Assembly (NCBI RefSeq): GCF_004010195.1 | Contig: NC_057718.1 | Span: forward strand, 51,231,941 to 51,295,940 | Origin: Chiloscyllium plagiosum | Lineage: Eukaryota | Length of the DNA: 64,000 bases | Direction of reading: 5' to 3' | In this document: in pieces, positions 26,350 through 40,230 of the stretch | Numbering within the stretch: position 1 is the stretch's first letter | Layout: each line of letters starts with the position of its first letter | Program-made: the position numbers and the translations under genes | Notes under the pieces: model-generated | Told to the model about the DNA's origin: nothing | Database searches by the model: none | What the model saw: the letters and a program-made list of their open reading frames with translations, nothing else

Positions 26350-28000
26350 AGGATTACATATATCGGATATATGACGTAAAAAGAGGCTATTCAGCCCAAC
26401 CTGCTTACACAGCCAAGAAAACTCTCCTTGTGTCTCTTCCCATGTTTGCTCCCCTGCATTTACCACCATTAACTATCTATTTCTTTCTCTCTCATAGATT
26501 TAGCCATCTTTCCCTTAAATGCATCCATACTGTTTACTTCAAACATTCTAAATGGTACTGAATTCCAACTACTGATCTTTCTTTGTGTAAACAAAAACAT
26601 TTTTTCCGAATTTTTAATTGGATTTCTGAATGAATATTGATAGCCTCCAGTTATGCCTTTCCCACAAGATGAAACATTGTTTTGTGTACACTCAATTAAA
26701 CTCATAGCTTTAAAGATCCCTTTTAGGCTACCCTTCAGTCTTTTTTTTTCCAACAGCAAAGAAACACAGGGTGTCCATTCTTTCTTGACATGTATACCCA
26801 TGCATGTCTGGTAAAATGCTTGCAAATCTTCTCTGCACATTATCTAGTGCTTCTATATCCTCTATATATGAGACCAAAACTACATGCAGTATTCGAAGTC
26901 TGATCTAACCAAAGTTCAATAGGGCTTTACAATATACCTTATCTACTTTTTAATTTTTAAAAAATTCTGTTCCTTTATCCCATCTGAATTTAAATGGTTC
27001 AAATACGATTCTTCTGACAAAATGTATTTTTCATTCTTATCTTTATAAGTTTTTTTTGTCCATGTTGTATGTTTGTTAATATCCTCCTGAAATGTGTTGC
27101 AGTGTGCCTCTACATTGACTATAGTCCCTAAATGCCCTTTCCAATATGTAAGTTTGGATGTTCCCATAGAGAAAGGGAAACAGGAGTTGGGACTTCATCT
27201 CAATCCCAAAACCATTCTCAGAAGAAAGCGGTCACAGTCTTTGTAATTTTCACAAAGGTTCCCTCATAACAAATGAAAATAGTTTGAACCATTACTAGTA
27301 GGCAGGCTGTCAAAGCTACGGGGTCAATTGGGCCGACTGTCAGTTTGAGACAAGATGCAGATTGCAGTAAAAGGTCAACAACAATTTTCACATGGAAGCA
27401 CCTTCTCATCTTTTTTTTTAGGAAAGTTTTAAATAGAGAGCATATTAAGCTGCCAAATTATCACTGTTGGTGGTGGGCTTGGGGATAGATCAGTCCACAA
27501 GATGACCTTTGGTGGCCCCTGTGCCCAAACAGGCAGAGGGGATGTATAGGCTCATCTGGACTGTTGGCTTCCTCCTCATCTACTCTGTAGGCTTGCCTGA
27601 AGTCATTTAAATGGACTCCTATTGAATCAGGAACCTGAAGGCCAAATAGAAAGCTCTATTTAGCCTCCTTTAATGTATCTTTAACAAGGTTCCAATTGGC
27701 TACTTGCCAGGAACCTCCATTCCTAACTTCCTTGGTGCATGAAAATTAAGCCTTTTGTGTCTTTCACAAATTTAAAAATTATGTTTTTGATTTCAAAGCC
27801 CATTAACATAAATTGTGAACAAGAAATCCTTGTGCAACACCACTTGCAAATTTCTGCCACTCTGAAGAAATGTCTTTTACTCCTATATTTTCTGTTTTGA
27901 AAACAGCTGGTAATCCATTCCACCATTTGTCACCTAACTGGGCATTCCCTGACATTATTCAGACATTTATTATAAGCACCTTCTTGAAACTCCTTTGAAA
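26350..28000 (-). mobile_element. Old CR1 LINE, interrupted at about 27170-27740
   Basis: Degenerate ORF2 peptides (LLEKKRLKGSLKGIFK, FTQRKISSWNSVP, IFKFVKDTK, WITSCFQNRK). Confidence 0.7.
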
Positions 28001-28456
28001 ATTCCCCAAACAAAACCCCCATTGCCAATTTCAAGATGTTCAGCAAATCCTCCAATTTCCTACACACACCAGGCATTCACTTATTAGTTATGTTCCTGCT
28101 CATGTTGGCAGCCAGCTTCTGAACTTGGCTGACTGTCAAGCATGAAATCTATTGAGAAACCACAGCATCCAATAAATTCAAGCCTTCAATTCAAAAATCT
28201 GAATCTTGACCCAACTCACGGTCCTGTGGAAATATCAGGCTTGGATGTTCAAAAGGAATTCATATCAAAACCTTCCGAACAAAGATTTGTGTACTGCTGA
28301 GAAAAGACATTTTGTCAAGCCGTTCATCTTGCACTCTTTGGGACGATTTGCAGAAAGTACAAGTATAAAGGAAAACCAATGTTCATACTGTACAAGAGAA
28401 GAATGCTGATTGGTTGGTAAGTGGAATCCAATTGGTAGAGGCATTGCCATGGAAAA

Positions 28457-29048
28457 TATAGGAACAAAAGTAGGCCATTCAGCCTGTCAAGCCTGCCCCA
28501 TCACTTGTTACAATCATGGCTGTTCAAACATTTCAATGAGTATTACCCATCCCATCTCCATAATCCTGTATATGGTGCTAATCAGAAATCTTTCAATCTC
28601 ACCCTTACACTTACTCAAAGACTGAACATCCACAGGACTTGATGGTCGAGGATTTCAAGGTTGAAGTAAAAACAATTCTTATTTCAGACTAAGCAGCATC
28701 AACTTTATGTTTAAATTGTACCCCCTGGTTCTAAACTCCCCAGCCAGGGAACACATTTCACCTGCATCTACCTTGTGTATCTTTTTAAGTAGCTTTTATG
28801 TTACAATTACACCACCTCTCATTCTTTTCAACTCAAGAGAAAACAGGCCCAGCTTTCACCAGTTCTCCTCCTAGTACAGTCCGCCATCCTGGGAAGGTCT
28901 GGTGAATCCTTTTTTTTTGCACTCCCTCTATGGTAATATTCTCTTTCCCGAGGTAAAGAAACTAAAACTGCACACAGTACTCCAAGTGCAGTCTAACCAA
29001 AATCCTACACAATTGAAGCAAGACTTCACAACTTATGTACTCCAATCC
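28457..29048 (-). mobile_element. CR1 LINE 3' fragment inserted in an older repeat
   Basis: ataggaacaaaagtaggccattcagcc 3' UTR; aactgcacacagtactccaagtg (HLEYCVQF antisense). Confidence 0.8.
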
Positions 29049-29111
29049 TGATGATGGACAGTTAACTGTCAAGCTTTGTATAATTTTAATCCAGACATGT
29101 TCAATTCTGAT

Positions 29112-30375
29112 CCCCTTGCTGTAGGAAAGATGTTGTGAAACTTGAAAGGGTTCAGAATAGATTTACAAGGATGTTGGCAAGATTGGAGGGTTTGAGCTAT
29201 AGAGAGAGGCTGAATAAACTAGGGCTGTTTTCATTGGAGCATCAGAGGCTGACGGGTGACATTATAATATTACAATATTTTTACAATATATGTTAATGAT
29301 ATAGAAGATGGTATTAGTAATAACATTAGCAAATTTGCTGATGATACTAAGCTGGGTGGCAGGGTGAAATGTGAGGAGGATGTTAGGAGATTACAGGGTG
29401 ACCTGGACAGGTTAGGTGAGTGGTCAGATGCATGGCAGATGCAGTTTAATGTGGATAAATATATGGGTATCCACTTTGGTGACAAGAACAGGAAGGCAGA
29501 TTACTACCTAAATGGAATCAATTTAGGTAAAGGGGTAGTACAAAGAGATCTGGGTGTTCTTGTACACCAGTCAATGAAGGTAAGCATGCAGGTACAGCAG
29601 GCAGTGAAGAAAGCTAATAGCATGCTGGCCTTCATAACAAGAGGGATTGAGTATAGAAGCAAAGAGGTTCTTCTGCAGCTGTACAGGGCCCTGGTGAGAC
29701 CACATCTGGAGTATTTTGTGCAGTTCTGGTCTCCAGATTTGAGGAAAGACATTCTGGCTATTGAGGGAGTGCAGCGTAGGTTCACGAGGTCAATTCCTGG
29801 AATGGTGGGACTACCTTACGCTGAAAGACTGGAGCGACTGGACTTGTATACCCTTGAGTTTAGAAGACTGAGGGGATCTGATTGAGACATATAAGATTAT
29901 TAAAGGATTGGACACTCTGGAGGCAGGAAACATGTTTCCGCTGAGGGTGCGTGCCAAACCAGAGGACATAACTTAAAAATACAGGGTAGACCATTTAGGA
30001 CAGAGATGAGGAGAAACTTCTTCACCCAGAGAGTGGTGGCTGTGTGGAATGCTCTGCCCCAGAGGGCAGTGGAGGCCCAGTCTCTGGATTCATTTAAGGA
30101 AGAGTTGGATAGAGCTCTCAAGGATAGTGGAATCAAGGGTTATGGAGATAAGGCAGGAACAGGATACTGATTAAGGATGATCAGCAATCATCATATTGAA
30201 TGGTGGTGCAGGCTCGAAGGGCAGAATGGCCTACTCCTGCACCTATTGTCTATTATGGGGACATGAATAGGGTGATCAGTGAAGATTTTTTCCCCAGGGT
30301 AAGTGAGTACAAAAGTAGAGGGGATAGGTTTAGGGTGAGATTTTAAAGGAATCTAAGGGGCAACTTTTTCACACA
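29112..30375 (+). mobile_element. Older CR1/HER1 fragment split by a younger CR1
   Basis: 29112-29266 and 30254-30375 are consecutive parts of one ORF2 3' end. Confidence 0.75.
29272..30253 (+). mobile_element. Young 5'-truncated CR1 LINE (RT C-terminus and 3' UTR)
   Basis: IYVNDIEDGISNNISKFADDTKLGG (FADD at 29334-29345) in frame with ORF 29364-29885; two frameshifts; tail ctactcctgcacctattgtctat. Confidence 0.95.
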
Positions 30376-30492
30376 TGAACTTTCCATTCCCTAAGAATGG
30401 GAGCCTCTGTATTAATATATGCAGATTTAGTACACACCAATGCACCATTGTGAGCCTGACTGAGAGTCCAAAAGTGATTGTCAGCATAATTT

Positions 30493-30608
30493 TGGTTATT
30501 TAGCACACATTGGTTTTTAGCACATTTAGCACACAGACCATGGTTATTTAGCACACATTGGTTTTTAGCACATTTAGCACACAGACCATGGTTATTTAGC
30601 ACACATTG
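30493..30608. repeat. 48-bp minisatellite, about 2.4 copies
   Basis: Unit tggttatttagcacacattggtttttagcacatttagcacacagacca repeated exactly. Confidence 0.95.
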
Positions 30609-31539
30609 TCCACTTGCAGAATAACACCAAATATCGGAGCTATTATGAGTTTTGCAAAGAAAGGGCTGTTTGCGATAGATTTGTTTGTACTATTCCAAAA
30701 TGATTTGTCACGTATTAAGAATTCAACACACATTCAATTTTGGGTTACTGAAAATACGAAAAGGAAAAACAATTCACGAGCTAAAAACTCTCCAGCTTGA
30801 AAAAGTGATGATTGAGTAGCCTTATTTCAAGAATTAATTTGCCAGCTTCCTGGCTTTCCATTCCCCATTTTGTCATAAAATGAAGTAGGGAGGAGCTGGT
30901 TGAGTTTGGGATTCAGATATTCAACATTTTAATATCTTAACTGAAACAAACCAATCCATTTTGTTTGAAGTTAAAACTCTCCCATAGTTCTCAGGCTCAG
31001 GCATGACAAATGGTCATTTGCTTAAGAATGGTAAACCGAGCAAATTGATGGGAAAGCAGAATAGATGATAACTCACCCCATTTATACTGACTGGGATCAA
31101 CAACTGGTGACTTATGTCTACTTCAGTAAGTACTTGTGCAGATTTTCTTCAGATACCATTTCACTTTTGGTTTTAAAACTTTTTTTGCAGATAACATTTT
31201 GACATCCGCAGAAAAGATTCCTTCTCTGACCTTTAGTGGTTTCAACAAACCTATAATGGTTACCCTGACTTATTCCACTAGGGTTTGACAGGATGGAAGT
31301 TACAATGATTTTACTCACATCCCATAATCAATTAAATATTTGATTTGTTTGACTGTATTTGTCTTTTAATTCTATACATTTATAATGAATCCATATTTCC
31401 AATCTCTGCCAGAGCATCTACAGTAAAGTCTTCTGATTGGTCTTACAAAATTTACCTCTACAGCTCCCTAAAGATCTATCTGGCCTTAGTCATCTCTATC
31501 TTGTACATGCTGTCTCTTAGCAAATATCACATAAAGACT

Positions 31540-32215
31540 TGAAGACCACTAGTACATCAGTGCCACCCAGCTCCAACTCTTCATCACCTTTCTCAACTGC
31601 CTCAGTATTTTCACAATCTGGTTGGAATCTTGTCATGGATGAATGAGGTTTCCTTCTCGTTAAACATTAAGAGAACTGGAACTGTTCTCTGCCATAAACT
31701 CCCTCATCATCAAATCTAGCCCAAGTTTATGGTTACTAGCTTAAACTGCCAACATTCTCATTGACCTACTTGAATCTAAGTTGAATTATAAACCCACACC
31801 ACTCCATTGCAATAACATTCTTCACCCAAATAACACTGCTCTTTCAGCCCCATCTCAGTTATCTGTCATTAGAGACCTCATGTTTGCCCAGCATCTCAAA
31901 AATCAATAACACCAGCATTCTGTTTGATGGCTTGCTGCTCTCCATCCTCTTTGAATTCATATGAAGTTCTACTGTAAATAATTTTATCTTATACCAAATC
32001 CCACGGATCATCATTCTTGACCTTGCTGCCCTACATGAGCTCCAAGTCCTCAATAGCATCAAATTAGAAATTCTCATCTTTGTGTTTAAATACTTCATGA
32101 ATCACTCCACTCAATCATTGTAAAGTCCTTCAGACACATAATCCTCACAAACTTCACTATTTCCCTGAATCTTCCCTGTTCTGACTTCAATTCCTTTGCC
32201 TTATCATTGGTGACT
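31540..32215 (+). mobile_element. Old L2-type LINE 3' fragment
   Basis: Decayed WMNEVSFSLNIKRT and LAALHELQVLNSIKLEILIFVFK resemble the L2 WMxxNFLxLNxxKT and LHWLPVxxRIxFKIL motifs. Confidence 0.6.
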
Positions 32216-32220
32216 GGGAT

Positions 32221-32550
32221 GGGTGGCACGGTGGCACAGTGGTTAGCACTGCTGCCTCACAGCGCCAGACACCTGGGTTCAATTCCCGCCTTAGGCGACT
32301 CTCTGTGTGGAGTTTGCACATTCTCCCCGTGCGTGCGTGGGTTTCCTCCGGGTGCTCCGGTTTCCTCCCACAATCCAAAAATGTGTAGGTTAGGTGGATT
32401 GGCCATGCTAAATTGCCCGTAGTGTTAGGTGAAGGGGTAAATGTAGGAGAATGGGTCTGGGTAGGTTGCGCTTCGGCGGGTCGGTGTGGACTTGTTGGGC
32501 TGAAGGGCCTGTTTCCACACTGTAAGTAATCTAATCTAATCTAATCTAAT
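32221..32550 (+). mobile_element. HE1 SINE, young full length
   Basis: tggcacagtggtt A-box, ggttcaattccc B-box, V-domain, (ctaat)n tail; CpGs retained. Confidence 0.95.
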
Positions 32551-33074
32551 TTCAGAGGCTAAATATTCACACATTAAATCACATGTTAATGATTTAGGAC
32601 CCTTTTCTGTTGAGGTATATCTCCTCACTAAGATGCAGCACCTGCAGTGCCATGTGCAGACAGTTGATGGCTCCTTTCACCACTGGACATCCTACTATCC
32701 TGGCAAAGCCCTGTCCTTGCTCCTTTCACTTCTTTCTGTTTTGAGAGAATTCTGTTAAATCTCTTTTACAAACGTACAGGGTTTCTGTAACTTACTTTAT
32801 ACATGTGACACATGGTGAACTCTGAGTCATCAGAGATAACACTAACTCTTACCTAGAAGGATCTACTTGTCGAAACTGAAGCTTCAGGTCTGGTCAGAGG
32901 AAGTGACACAGTTCAATGACTACCTCCTGGTAAATTATTCCTGGCATTACTCCTGGCTAAGATAGAGATAAGGAAAGACATTTCTTTTGAGCACCCTTCT
33001 CCTACTCTCTCTGTGTGCAGCCATCCCTTATTCCATTACACTTTTGCTTGTGCCTTTTAATGATAGAGAGACTT

Positions 33075-33565
33075 TGGGGAGTCAGGAGGTGAGTTACATG
33101 CTGCAGTACTCCTATCCTCTGACTTGCTGTTGCAGCCACAGTGTGGTGAGTCCAGTTCAGTTTCTGGTTAATGGTGACCCACAGGATGTTGATAATATGT
33201 GAATTCAATGATGGCAACTCAATTGAATGTCAAGGGATGGTGGTTGGATTGCCTCTTAGTGGAGATGGTCATTACCTAGCATTTGTGTGGTGTGACTCTT
33301 ACTTGTCCCTTGTCAGCCCAAGCCTATATATTGACTTACTGTAGTTGAACATGGACTACTTCATATCTGAGGAGTCATGAATGGTGCTGAACATTGTACA
33401 ATCATCAGTGAACATCCCTATTTCTGACCTTATGATGGAGGGAAAGTTATTGGTGAAGCAGCTGAAGATGGTTGAGCCTTGGACACGACTCTAAGGAACT
33501 CCTGCAGAGATGTTTTGGAGCATAAATGACTGACGTCCAACAACCACAACCACTTTCCTAGCTGT
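33075..33565 (-). mobile_element. LINE RT fragment (CR1/L2 group, second family)
   Basis: Minus-strand INILWVTINQKLNWTHH; probably the same family as 60650-61860. Confidence 0.75.
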
Positions 33566-34507
33566 AAAACACAGCAAGAAGGATTTTGTCCGTGGCACAA
33601 CATTTGCATTGGCAGAACCAAAACTGTGAGTTTCATGCACTGTTTTCCTTTTTGTGATTTCCCACATTATTACAATTCAGATTTAAGCTGTTGGGTAGGT
33701 GCATCAGAGACAACTTGTAACCACACAGCAGAGAAAGCTTTTCATTATGAAAACCCACTATAAATGTACAGAACTGCAGGCAAGAGTGAATTATAAGAAC
33801 CTCTGGTCAAACAGGGAGGCATTGCATCATCACCAAAATTTTCCTGCCCAGCCCCATTTCCATTAACATAAGATTTACTGAGTGTACAAAGGCAGCATTG
33901 ATGCTGGTTACAATTTTAAATTTCACTTGTAAATATTTCATATTATATTGGTTTTACTTCATTCACGTGTGCGTTATCATTATTTGTTGAGGCCATATTA
34001 ATCAGAGAGCTAAATCTATTGGCACGCCTCATGGCTTAAAGGGGAGTTAGGGACATTTCCTTTGTTGCAGAAGAATAAAGGTGTTATATTTTTGTTCACT
34101 GTTTATTGAATATTCCTGTTAGTGTCCAGATTGTACTGCGGGATATGTAAACATGCAGGTGTACCTGTGCCTTCCTCCTATGCGTTATAAAGATTGTCCA
34201 AGATAATTCTCAACACAGACAATTGAAATATTGTAAGTAAACTCAAGCCCCATTAGGTATCTTCCAGTTTATGTCCTGAGAGGGACTCACGTGAGAACCA
34301 TATTGACCCTGCCCTTTAGGCACCTCATTTTCTTTCCTTGACTCAGAAACAACCCACTACATCAAGAATGCTAAGCCTCTTCCACCACTCCTCAATCTTT
34401 CTAAACACATGTACTGTCCTCCCTTGGATTCCTCTTCCACTCTCCATTACATCGGGTTCCTTTCAACAGTTTTCTCCACTCTAATTCTACTTCCCCCTCA
34501 AACCGTT

Positions 34508-34820
34508 ACGGTGGCACAGTGGTTAGCACTGCTGCCTCACAGCGCCAGAGACCCAGGTTCAATTCCCGCCTCAGGCGACTGACTGTGTGGAGTTTGCACG
34601 TTCTCCCCGTGTCTGTGTGGGTTTCCTCCGGGTGCTCCGGTTTCCTCCCACCATCCAAAGATGTGCAGGGTCAGGTGAATTGGCCATGCTAAATTGCCTG
34701 TCGTGTTAGGTAAGGGGTAAATGTAGGGGTATGGGTGGGTTTCGCTTTGGCGGGTCGGTGTGGACTTGTTGGGCCGAAGGGCCTGTTTCCACACTGTAAT
34801 CTAATCTAAATCTAATCTAA
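34508..34820 (+). mobile_element. HE1 SINE, young
   Basis: Nearly identical to 37094-37445. Confidence 0.95.
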
Positions 34821-36482
34821 AAAACTATCTCACTCTTGCCAATTTCCAAGCCTCCTTCCAAGCCGCCATTTTTCTTGCTTCCCTCCACTGTACAACAATA
34901 ATGAGAAGCAACGATCTCAAAGAGAACTGTACAAAGCTGTCCAGTTCACTGAAATTTTAAACAAGTGTGAACCGTGTGTTTTGAGACTTCCATGTGACAC
35001 TGACTTTAACTTGAATGTAGGTGTGATCTTAATAAGTTTAATGCTGATGACTAGTCATGGCATATAAATGTATTACAAGTACAAATCTGACATGGGACAG
35101 CATGTGGCCCGACAAACTGCAGAAACACTGCTAACTTATCTCTGTATTGCAACCAACTATCAGAAAATTGAACTTTCAAAACCCACTAAATGCAACCATC
35201 CTACACGATACACTTCCTGTCCCTGTGGGCAATATAAATCATCCTGATGTTGCTATCTACCCACATTGTATGCTTTCAGTGCATGTGCATCATGCAACAA
35301 TTTTCCCCTATAATCTGTGAGGCATTCCATTTGTAACCCCTTTGGAGTCCCTTAGCACTGATCCCAGTTTGCTATGGATCCAATCTTGTTCACCCAGTGT
35401 CTCATCTGGAATTCTCTTCTGAATACCCTCGTCCTTTTTGATATTTGGATCTTCCTTAAACTCTACATTTGTGACCACCATTCAACATTCCCCCTCCTCA
35501 CCTCAAAAGCTGCTTCTTTGGCTTGATATCTATTTATTCTTTCATCACATATCTGTCAAGTGACTTTCATGCTTATGTTATTGTTATAAATCCTGTCCTC
35601 TCTGTACACTGGATCTTGGTTGTCACATTTATGCCATTTAAAAAAACATTTTGCCACAGTGCAATGCAAGTCCCTCTGAAGAGCTCATATTTATTCAAGG
35701 TGAATTACATGCAAGACATAAAAATTCATGATTATTTTGCTTGACACCTTCACTGAAGCAAAACACAATGAATAAATCCTTTTTGACTTTCATGTGCCTT
35801 ATGTTTATCTATGTATGACAGCCCTGATAACTAATGGGAGTGAGGAACAAGGCTCACTAATCAAGTCATAACATTGTAGGTGAAGTAGGTGATTCATTAA
35901 GGGAATATTTTCTTTTCTCCGCTCTGTATATCCCCAACAAATGCTGTAAAGATTTAAAACTGTGATGAACTGACAACTGGAAATTAGCATGAAGTGAATA
36001 GCCAGTTAAATCACTCCTCTCTAGCTTTTGAAAAATTTGATAGTTGTGAGAATAATCAAGCATTAGCGGTTGAGCTCGTCCATAAAACATATTTGTAAAC
36101 TCATGAACTCTCCATTGGTATGAATGTTCCAGAAGCATATTTTGCACAAAATAGAAAATGCTTTTATAAAGATTTATTTTTGCAATAACATAGGCTGACA
36201 ATAAAGGCAAAGCTCACAACGCTATTTCATCAGTTTGTTCCTATTGCTTGAGCTTTCCCATCTCCCTGATGAATGCAACTGTTGTACTTGCATCCATTCA
36301 AAACCAAAATTCCTTAGAATATGTTTATAATTTCAAAAGTATGATCACGTAGAAAAATGAACTGATTACAACTATGATGGTGATGCTGAATACTGTTGCT
36401 TTAATTTTGAATGCCTGTAAAATAAACTTATTTCCTGTGCTACTTATAGATTTTAATGAATTATTTTCAATTCACTTCACTT

Positions 36483-36612
36483 TAGCTCCGATGAAGTCAT
36501 CTAGCCTCAAAACATTAGTTTGCTTTTCTCCAAGGATGCTGCCTGACCCATTGTGATCCCCAGCATTTTTGTTCTCAATACAGATTCCAGCATCTGCAGT
36601 AATTTGCTCCTG
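36483..36612 (+). mobile_element. Penelope-like 3' terminus (older family)
   Basis: ccgatgaagtc...gatgctgcctgacc...ttccagcatctgcagt. Confidence 0.6.
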
Positions 36613-37093
36613 AATTATTTTTCAAGTACTTGCCAGAATGTTAGAATTGTGTTGAATATCCGCATGAGAATGTCCTTACATGAACTTATTTTCATTGAAA
36701 GAAAAGGACTGAAACTGAATATAGTTCAAATAAATAAAAATGCTCAAAGACATATAATATATAAATTATTTAGACTTACAGGGAGGAGAGACATTCAGCG
36801 AGAAGGGGAATTAGGATGTGGTGAGCAGCAAAGAAATATTAAGGTTTAGCAATTTCTTTCATATTTTAATCAAAGAATCCCTTCAGTGAAGATAGAGACC
36901 ATTTGGCCCATGGAGTCTACACATCTTCCAAAGAGCATTCTATCTTCCAGCCCCCTCAACACTCTAAAGTTCTTTCAGTTAAAGTTATTTCAGTTAAAGT
37001 TGCATTTTTCAAACATGCAAATGCAATGGTTTCATAAGTAATTGCTATATATTCAATTAAATTTCAGCATTTTGAATGCAAATTGCAAGTTAT

Positions 37094-37445
37094 GGGCGGC
37101 ACGGTGGCACAGTGGTTAGCACTGCTGCCTCGCAGCGCCAGAGACCCGGGTTCAATTCCCGCCTCAGGCGACTGACTGTGTGGAGTTTGCACATTCTCCC
37201 CGTGTCTGCGTGGGTTTCCTCCGGGTGCTCCGGTTTCCTCCCACAGTCCAAAAGATGTGCAGGTCAGGTGAATTGGCCATGCTAAATTGCCCGTAGTGGT
37301 AGGTAAGGGGTAGATGTGTAGGGGTATGGGTGGGTTGCGCTTCGGGGGGTCGGTGTGGACTTGTTGGGCCGAAGGGCCTGTTTCCACACTGTAAAGTAAT
37401 CTAATCTAATCTAATCTAATCTAATCTAATCTAATCTAATCTAAT
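37094..37445 (+). mobile_element. HE1 SINE, young, with expanded (taatc)n tail
   Basis: Complete head, V-domain and CR1-derived tail; about 10 pentamer units at 37397-37445. Confidence 0.95.
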
Positions 37446-37930
37446 TATTTCTAACTTCGGCAACTAGGAGTTAAAACATAATGGTAGCGGGTTTATCTAT
37501 GAAAAAACATACAACTATTTTAAACAAATCTACTGGTGAATTAGACAATACGTCAATCCAAGTTAGTGCTAGAGAAAGAACAAAACTGAATGAATGATGA
37601 GCAAATGAAATGGCTGCTACAACAATTCTCATAAAGCTTCAGCCTATAATTCTGAGTATAATAATGTTATGGAGGCTTTGACACCTTTCAACAAAAGTGT
37701 GGACTTCCAATAGCTTTCTAAAAGACAGTACTAAATAGGAAAGGATCAGCGACATTCTTTTTGGGACAACTGAGAAAATGTCACGTGTTCCACAGCTTAG
37801 AACTGACTGAAGGTGCCAACAAAATGTAGGCAATAACTTATGAAAGATTCAGCACGCGTTTCCAGATCCATCGACATGAATTTCAAGAAATAAAGCAGGA
37901 ATCAAATCAGCCTTTTATCAATTTCATCAC

Positions 37931-38272
37931 AGGCAGCACAGTGGCTTGCACTGCTGCCGAACAACACCAGAGACCTGGGTTCAATTCCACCCTCGGGCGA
38001 CTGTCTGTGTGGAGTTTGCACATTCTCCCCGTGTCTGCATGGGTTTCCTCCAGGTGCTCCAATTTCCTCCCACAGTCCAAAGATGTGCAGGTTGGGTGGA
38101 TTGGCCATGCTAAATTTCTCATAGTGTTCAGAGATGTGCAGGCTAGGTGGATTAGCTATGGGAAATGGAGGGTTACAGGGATAGGGTAGGGGGTGTGAAT
38201 CTGGATGGGATGCTTTTCAGAGGGTCAGTGTGGACTGAATGGTATACTTCTTCACTGTAGGGATTCTAATTA
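37931..38272 (+). mobile_element. HE1 SINE, older subfamily
   Basis: Same head and V-domain with a duplicated gatgtgcagg.taggtggatt segment. Confidence 0.9.
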
Positions 38273-38454
38273 CATTAGAATTAGAATCCCTCCATAAGTT
38301 TGGAAAATGCAGCCAAAAAATGTTAATTTTAGGGGCAGAGATAAAATTCTGCTAGATCAGGTCATTCAGAATTCCATGCATATTTAAGTATAAAAAAGAA
38401 TTAATTGGAAAGGGCAAGCTCACAAAATTATAGGTTATAGATAGTTTTATTTTA

Positions 38455-38612
38455 ATTATTCATCAACTCTCAGAATGTGGCATCACGAGCCATGTCTGCA
38501 TTAGTTACCTATTGCTAGCTGCCCTTGAAATAGTGATAGTGAGCTGCCTTCTTGGACTACTGCAGTCTATTTGGTGTTGAAATACACACAATGCTTTTAG
38601 GGAGCGAGTTCA
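38455..38612 (-). mobile_element. LINE 3' end whose tail resembles the second SINE family
   Basis: Minus strand ccaagaaggcagctcactatcactatttcaagggcagctagcaatagg... Confidence 0.6.
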
Positions 38613-39749
38613 CATGAAGACATGAGTAGACATATGAAGACACAATCCTTCCAAATGGCCAGTCTTTAGTTAAATCAAGAGAAAGGCATGGAATGATAGA
38701 GTGAAACATTAACAAAAGAATACATGCCTGACAAAGTTAAAGGTGTGCAAGTGCTGTGAATGATCACGCAGGGTCACAGATAGAAGGAAATATCCCCCCA
38801 CATAAATCAAACTGCTGAGCTTGTGGAAACACAATCGCTGAATAAAGATGTACAGAAAAAAGATAGAAGGTGGTAATCAGGTCATCAAGGGCAGATCAAC
38901 AGGGAGAATGAGAACTAAATGAAACCAAACATCTGTAACCTGGATAATAATGGTGAGTTTAAGAACACAATAGACACAAGAGTCATTCACCTGCATGAAA
39001 TATCTGGATTCGACAGGTCCCAAAGAAAACAAATCCACACAATCATTCAGATCAGCAAGAGGGCGAGAAAGAATTCCATATCCGTAAAACTGAAGCTGAA
39101 ACTTGATACAATGAGCATGGAATAGTTCCATCTCACTCAGACTACCTTTCCTGGTACTTGAAAAGAATGTGGTTACTCAAGGAAAGATGCTCCAAAACTC
39201 AGCAGCACACGGGGGTACTAAGATTCAACAGCTAGGAGCAAACGAGATCAGAGGAAGATACATAGCAAGTGATTGTAACAACATGTTATATGTCACTGAA
39301 ACAGATGATCCTGCATTCCTGGTACTGAACAGTTGCAAAGAGCTGCAGCTTATCTCAGTGAAACATGAGATAAGAGATCTAGGCAAAATGTTTTTTCACC
39401 TCGTGAATGTAGCACCACTAAAACTGTGAAATCAAGTTAGTGATGAGACCAGCGAAGATGAAGGATGACAGATGCTCGCTCAGCGAGTAATCCAGGTATG
39501 GTCTATTAACATACAGAAAGCAAGGCAGGCATTGTGGTCGAGGAGAAATGAGATGAAAAAAATGATGTTTTGCTCAGCCAGATGCAGCGCTATCAAACCA
39601 AAAATTATACTGAAATTTCTTTTCCAGAAGAAAAGTAGATGGGAATGGAGAAAAGTAAACCAATAGCGGTGAACGGGGTAGACATATGCAAAGACATTGT
39701 AAGAATTGTGTCTACAAGTAATATATACCAGAGGTATGGAAATGTACAG

Positions 39750-40230
39750 AGAAAGAGAACATTAAATCTACACAAGAACCATCCAGACTCAAATATGATA
39801 CCTCATTGTTGCAGACTGCTATCAAAAATTCTAGTTTGTCTGAAAGATGAGCATTTAAGCAGGACAAAATCAATTTGCTTTGCAAGAGGTTCCTGAAAGA
39901 AAATTGAGAGACAATGGAAACCAATTTAATTCTGGAAGACATAAAAAAAATTTGCTGAGTAGGATGAGTACAATTTCATCACCAAGGGATTAGATATTTA
40001 CAGAAAAACAGGTTCAGAGCTTCATGAGAAACCACAAAAAAAAACCGAGAGACAAAGGAAGACTCAAATCTTGCACATGATCACTTCAACCTTGTCAAGG
40101 CTAACAGGAAATTGCATTTAGAGTTTTTGAATGGAAGAAAGTGTAAGAGAAATCTGCCAAGAATGATACTCCCTCCAAATAACATCATGAATAATATTTT
40201 GAAAAAACAAAGGAGGCTAGAATAAATTCT
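39750..40230 (+). mobile_element. Possible highly decayed L1-type ORF1
   Basis: A-rich strand; SRTKSICF/EVPE resembles SRRNNIRIxGVPE; weak. Confidence 0.25.

Noticed and set aside
29364..29885. Longest ORF (173 aa) as a host gene
   Set aside because: It is a 5'-truncated, frameshifted CR1 reverse transcriptase fragment
30493..30608. CRISPR-like repeat array
   Set aside because: Units are identical with no unique spacers, and the context is eukaryotic
32221..32290. tRNA gene
   Set aside because: It is the tRNA-derived head of an HE1 SINE and continues into the SINE body; the same applies to the other SINE heads
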